Of a stretch of 64,000 bases of DNA, positions 60,886 to 64,000 are shown piece by piece. Made by a program: the position numbers and the translations under genes. Source of the stretch: Desulfobacterales bacterium. GTDB taxonomy: Bacteria > Desulfobacterota > Desulfobacteria > Desulfobacterales > UBA2174. The DNA lies in the NCBI GenBank assembly GCA_963668645.2, contig CAXXWC010000008.1, forward strand, positions 1 to 64,000, written 5' to 3'. A model generated the notes under the pieces. It saw only the letters and a list, made by a program, of their open reading frames with translations. It ran no database searches and was not told the origin of the DNA. The first letter of the stretch is position 1, and each line of letters begins with the position of its first letter.

Positions 60886-63537
60886 ATGGAATCCTTGCTG
60901 CGCACAGTTCTTTTCGATCAACACGTCGCCCTGGGGGCCAGCATGGTCCCTTTCGGCGGCTGGGAAATGCCGGTCCAGTACCCGGCCGGCATCATTCAGG
61001 AACATTTGGCCACCCGGTGCGAGGCGGGTCTTTTCGACGTTTCGCACATGGGCCGCTTGACCATCGGCGGCCGCGACGCCCTGGCGTTTTTGCAGCGCTG
61101 CCTGACCAACAACGCCGCGGCCCTCGAACCTGGCCAGAGCCAGTACACCCTGGTCGCCGACGAGAACGGAGGCGCCATCGACGACGCTTATCTTTACCGT
61201 TTCGTGCCCGATCGCTACCGCTTGGTGGTCAACGCTGCCAACCGGGAAAAGGTCTGGAGCCATTTGCATAAGATGGCCGCCGGATTCGAGGACCTGACCC
61301 TCAGTGACGACACCCTGGCTACGGCCATGCTCAGCCTACAGGGCCCGCAGAGCAAGACGATTCTCCAAGGCTTGCTCACCGCAGGGAGCCTGCCCGATCC
61401 GCTGCGAAACGCGCTGAGCAGCGGTGTCATCGGCCGGGCGCCGGTGGACATCGGGCGCACCGGGTACACCGGCGAGCCGCTCTGCTTCGAAATTTTTACC
61501 GCCGCCGACCAGGCCGCAGCCATCTGGCAGGCCCTGATCGCCCAAGGGGCACGGCCGGTGGGCCTGGGGGCCCGCGACACCTTGCGCCTGGAGGCCGGCT
61601 TGCCCCTTTACGGCCATGAACTGGGGCCGGATCCCGAAGGGGGCCAGATTCCCATCTTCGCCTCGCCCCTGGCGCGCTTTGCCGTGAGTTTTTCGCCGGT
61701 CAAGGGCGATTTCGTGGGCCGCGAGGCCCTAGGCCGCCAGCAGGCGGCCCTGGTACGCATCCTCAATCGTGATTACGGGGCTCTGGCCGATCTGCCCCGC
61801 CGCATCCTGGCTTTCCAGCTCCAGGAAAAGGGGGTGGCCCGGGCCGGCTGTCCGGTCTGGCAGGCGGACCGGCGAGTGGGTACGGTCACCAGCGCCACCA
61901 TGGTCCCCTACTGGAAGTTCAGCGGCGAAGGGGTCACTTCGATTCCCACCGGCGAGCGGGGCATGCGGGCCATCGGCCTGGCCCTTTTGGACAGCCGTTT
62001 GTTCGAGGGCGATGGCGTCGATATAGAGATCCGCGGGCGCCGCACACCGGCCCTGATCGTTGCCTACAACCTGCGCAGCGAGGCCCCGCCCTATGCCCGG
62101 CCGATTCTCTGCCCGGCGCCGGTCCTGATGCCGGTCAACCCGCCGGCGGTCCACCGCCCGGAGACCGAGGCCCTCGATCTGCTGGGCCGTGCGGTGGCCA
62201 ACACCGAGTGGCGCCAGCGCCGGTGCATCAACCTGATCCCCTCGGAGATGACCGCCTCGCGGGCCGTGCGGTGGCTTTCGATCCTCGATCCGGCCGGCCG
62301 CTACGCCGAGCACAAGGCGGTCAAGGCCTTTTGCGAGGCCGAGGTTTTCTATTACCAGGGGACCGGATTCATCGCCGAGGTCGAGCGGCTGCTCCAGGAG
62401 CAGATGGGGGCTTTTCTGGGAGCGCGGCGCGTCGAGGTGCGTCCGATCTCCGGCCAGATGGCCAACACCACGGTTTTCAGCGCCATGGTGGACTATATCA
62501 ACCGGGCCGACCGCAAGCGCGAGCAGCGGCGCATCGGCAAGATCTTCAACCACCACATCATCCGCGGCGGCCACCTGAGTGCCCAGCCCATGGGGGCCCT
62601 GCGCGATTTCGTGGCCCGCGATCCTGCCACCGACCGGCCGGCGGTGGTCAACTTTCCGGTGCGGGCCGACGATCCGTTCGAGATCGACTTGGCCGCCTGT
62701 GCGGATCTGTTCGAGGTCCAGCGCCCCGAACTGGTGATCCTTGGCCGCAGCATGACCCTCTACCGCGAGCCGGTGCGCGCCATGCGGCGTATGATCGACG
62801 CCCTGGGCCTCGACTGTGTGCTGATGTACGACATGGCCCACGTCCTGGGGCTGGCGGGGCCCCATTTCCAGCGGCCTTTCGAAGAGGGGGCCGACCTGGT
62901 CACCGGATCGACCCACAAGACCTTTTTCGGCCCCCAGCGCGGGGTGGTGGCGGCCGACTGGCCGGCCGAGGACCGCCGCGACGAGCTGTGGCAGGCCATC
63001 TCCCGGCGGGCCTTTCCCGGTTCGGTGAGCAACCACCACCTGGGCACTCTGGTGGGCCTGCTGATGGCCGCTTACGAGATGAACGCCTTCAAGGATGCCT
63101 ACCAGGTCCAGGTGCTGGCCAACGCCAGGGCCCTGGCCAAGGCCCTGGCGTCCTGCGGCCTGGAGGTGGCCGGAGACCCCCAGCGCGGATACACCGAAAC
63201 CCACCAGGTGGTGGTGCGGGTCGGTTACGGCCGCGGGCCCCAGATCGCCCGGCGCCTCGAAGAAAACAATATTATCGTCAACTACCAGGCTACCCCGGAA
63301 GAAGAAGGGTTTACCGCTTCGGGCGCCCTGCGCCTCGGGGTGGCCGAAATGACCCGTTTCGGCATGCAGGCCACCGACTTCGAGACCCTGGCCCAACTGA
63401 TGGCCGAGGTGATCCGCCACGATCGGCCAGTGGCCCAGGCGGTGGCCGATCTGCGCGTTCGTTTCCTTGATCTGCACTTTTGTTTCGATTCCGGGCAGAT
63501 CGAAGACCGGATTGCCGGCCTGGTCCGGGTCATGTAA
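60886..63537 (+). CDS. gcvT: Fusion of aminomethyltransferase GcvT and serine hydroxymethyltransferase
   Basis: N-part: FGGWEMPVQY, FDVSHMG, RTGYTGE, GLGARDTLRLEAG. C-part: INLIPSE, DMAH, STHKT (PLP lysine). RBS GAGGAG. Confidence 0.9.
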   Translation: MESLLRTVLFDQHVALGASMVPFGGWEMPVQYPAGIIQEHLATRCEAGLFDVSHMGRLTIGGRDALAFLQRCLTNNAAALEPGQSQYTLVADENGGAIDDAYLYRFVPDRYRLVVNAANREKVWSHLHKMAAGFEDLTLSDDTLATAMLSLQGPQSKTILQGLLTAGSLPDPLRNALSSGVIGRAPVDIGRTGYTGEPLCFEIFTAADQAAAIWQALIAQGARPVGLGARDTLRLEAGLPLYGHELGPDPEGGQIPIFASPLARFAVSFSPVKGDFVGREALGRQQAALVRILNRDYGALADLPRRILAFQLQEKGVARAGCPVWQADRRVGTVTSATMVPYWKFSGEGVTSIPTGERGMRAIGLALLDSRLFEGDGVDIEIRGRRTPALIVAYNLRSEAPPYARPILCPAPVLMPVNPPAVHRPETEALDLLGRAVANTEWRQRRCINLIPSEMTASRAVRWLSILDPAGRYAEHKAVKAFCEAEVFYYQGTGFIAEVERLLQEQMGAFLGARRVEVRPISGQMANTTVFSAMVDYINRADRKREQRRIGKIFNHHIIRGGHLSAQPMGALRDFVARDPATDRPAVVNFPVRADDPFEIDLAACADLFEVQRPELVILGRSMTLYREPVRAMRRMIDALGLDCVLMYDMAHVLGLAGPHFQRPFEEGADLVTGSTHKTFFGPQRGVVAADWPAEDRRDELWQAISRRAFPGSVSNHHLGTLVGLLMAAYEMNAFKDAYQVQVLANARALAKALASCGLEVAGDPQRGYTETHQVVVRVGYGRGPQIARRLEENNIIVNYQATPEEEGFTASGALRLGVAEMTRFGMQATDFETLAQLMAEVIRHDRPVAQAVADLRVRFLDLHFCFDSGQIEDRIAGLVRVM

Positions 63538-63604
63538 AAAGAGGCACTTTTCGCTCTTTGACCGTCCCTGCCGGTATCGACCCATGACAGCGAGGAAGTA
63601 AAGG

Positions 63605-64000
63605 ATGCCGCCTTCGAACCACCGGATCGAACACCTCGTCAACCCCCGCCGGCCCTGGGCCGCTGCCGGCCTGCCGGAAGACCTCGATGCGGTTCTGGCC
63701 TTTCACCGCAGCCTGCCCGGCTACGCCCCCACCCCCCTGCACAGTCTTGACCGGCTGGCCGAGCGGTTGGGCCTCAACCGCATCTGGATCAAGGACGAGG
63801 GGCTGCGCTACGGCCTGAAGGCCTTCAAGGCCCTGGGGGCTGCCTACGGTCTTTGCCGGGCTCTATGGCGGCGCCTCGATCTTTCTGCGGATGCGTTGAC
63901 CTTCGACCGGTTCCAATCCCCAGCCCTGCGCGACCGCCTGGCCGCAACGACCTGTGCCACCGCCACCGACGGCAACCACGGCCGGGCCCTGGCCTGGGCG
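63605..64000 (+). CDS. dpaL: Diaminopropionate ammonia-lyase, 3'-truncated by the window edge
   Basis: Manual translation gives FHRSLPGYAPTPL, IKDEGLRYGLKAFKALG and TATDGNHGR; absent from the ORF track because there is no stop in the window. Confidence 0.85.
   Translation, partial: MPPSNHRIEHLVNPRRPWAAAGLPEDLDAVLAFHRSLPGYAPTPLHSLDRLAERLGLNRIWIKDEGLRYGLKAFKALGAAYGLCRALWRRLDLSADALTFDRFQSPALRDRLAATTCATATDGNHGRALAWA

Noticed and set aside
61729..63642. Long antisense or alternate-frame ORFs (e.g. 637 aa here, 581 aa over lon, 479 aa over fadN)
   Set aside because: They overlap well-supported genes and are typical high-GC shadow ORFs.

Overview
GC-rich chromosomal window, probably from a sulfate-reducing Desulfobacterota (inferred from gene content only). 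In order: the 3' 14 kb of a giant RTX/T1SS adhesin (about 14.7 near-identical 633-bp repeats, two vWA domains, RTX tail); a small accessory patch (vapBC, palindromic mini-repeats, AAA pseudogene); fadN/fadA-like beta-oxidation genes with a FadR-type operator; DUF1848, MltD-like, MFS, Dus and thioredoxin genes; a four-gene TPAT (TatT-TRAP) transporter; PII-amtB; tRNA-Asp/Val; tig-clpP-clpX-lon; tRNA-Leu/Pro; an SLC13 permease; a DUF362 Fe-S gene; a pilin-less T4P/T2SS-like cluster ending in a membrane-anchored sigma54 activator; an ECF sigma factor; two divergent MTA/SAH-deaminase paralogs plus PNP; a GcvT-SHMT fusion; and the start of a diaminopropionate ammonia-lyase. The best novelty candidate is an unannotated structured RNA at about 41759-41886 (- strand): a consensus sigma54 promoter with upstream enhancer-like palindromes drives two hairpins separated and followed by CU-rich anti-Shine-Dalgarno tracts. 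All calls are by eye; no database searches were run.
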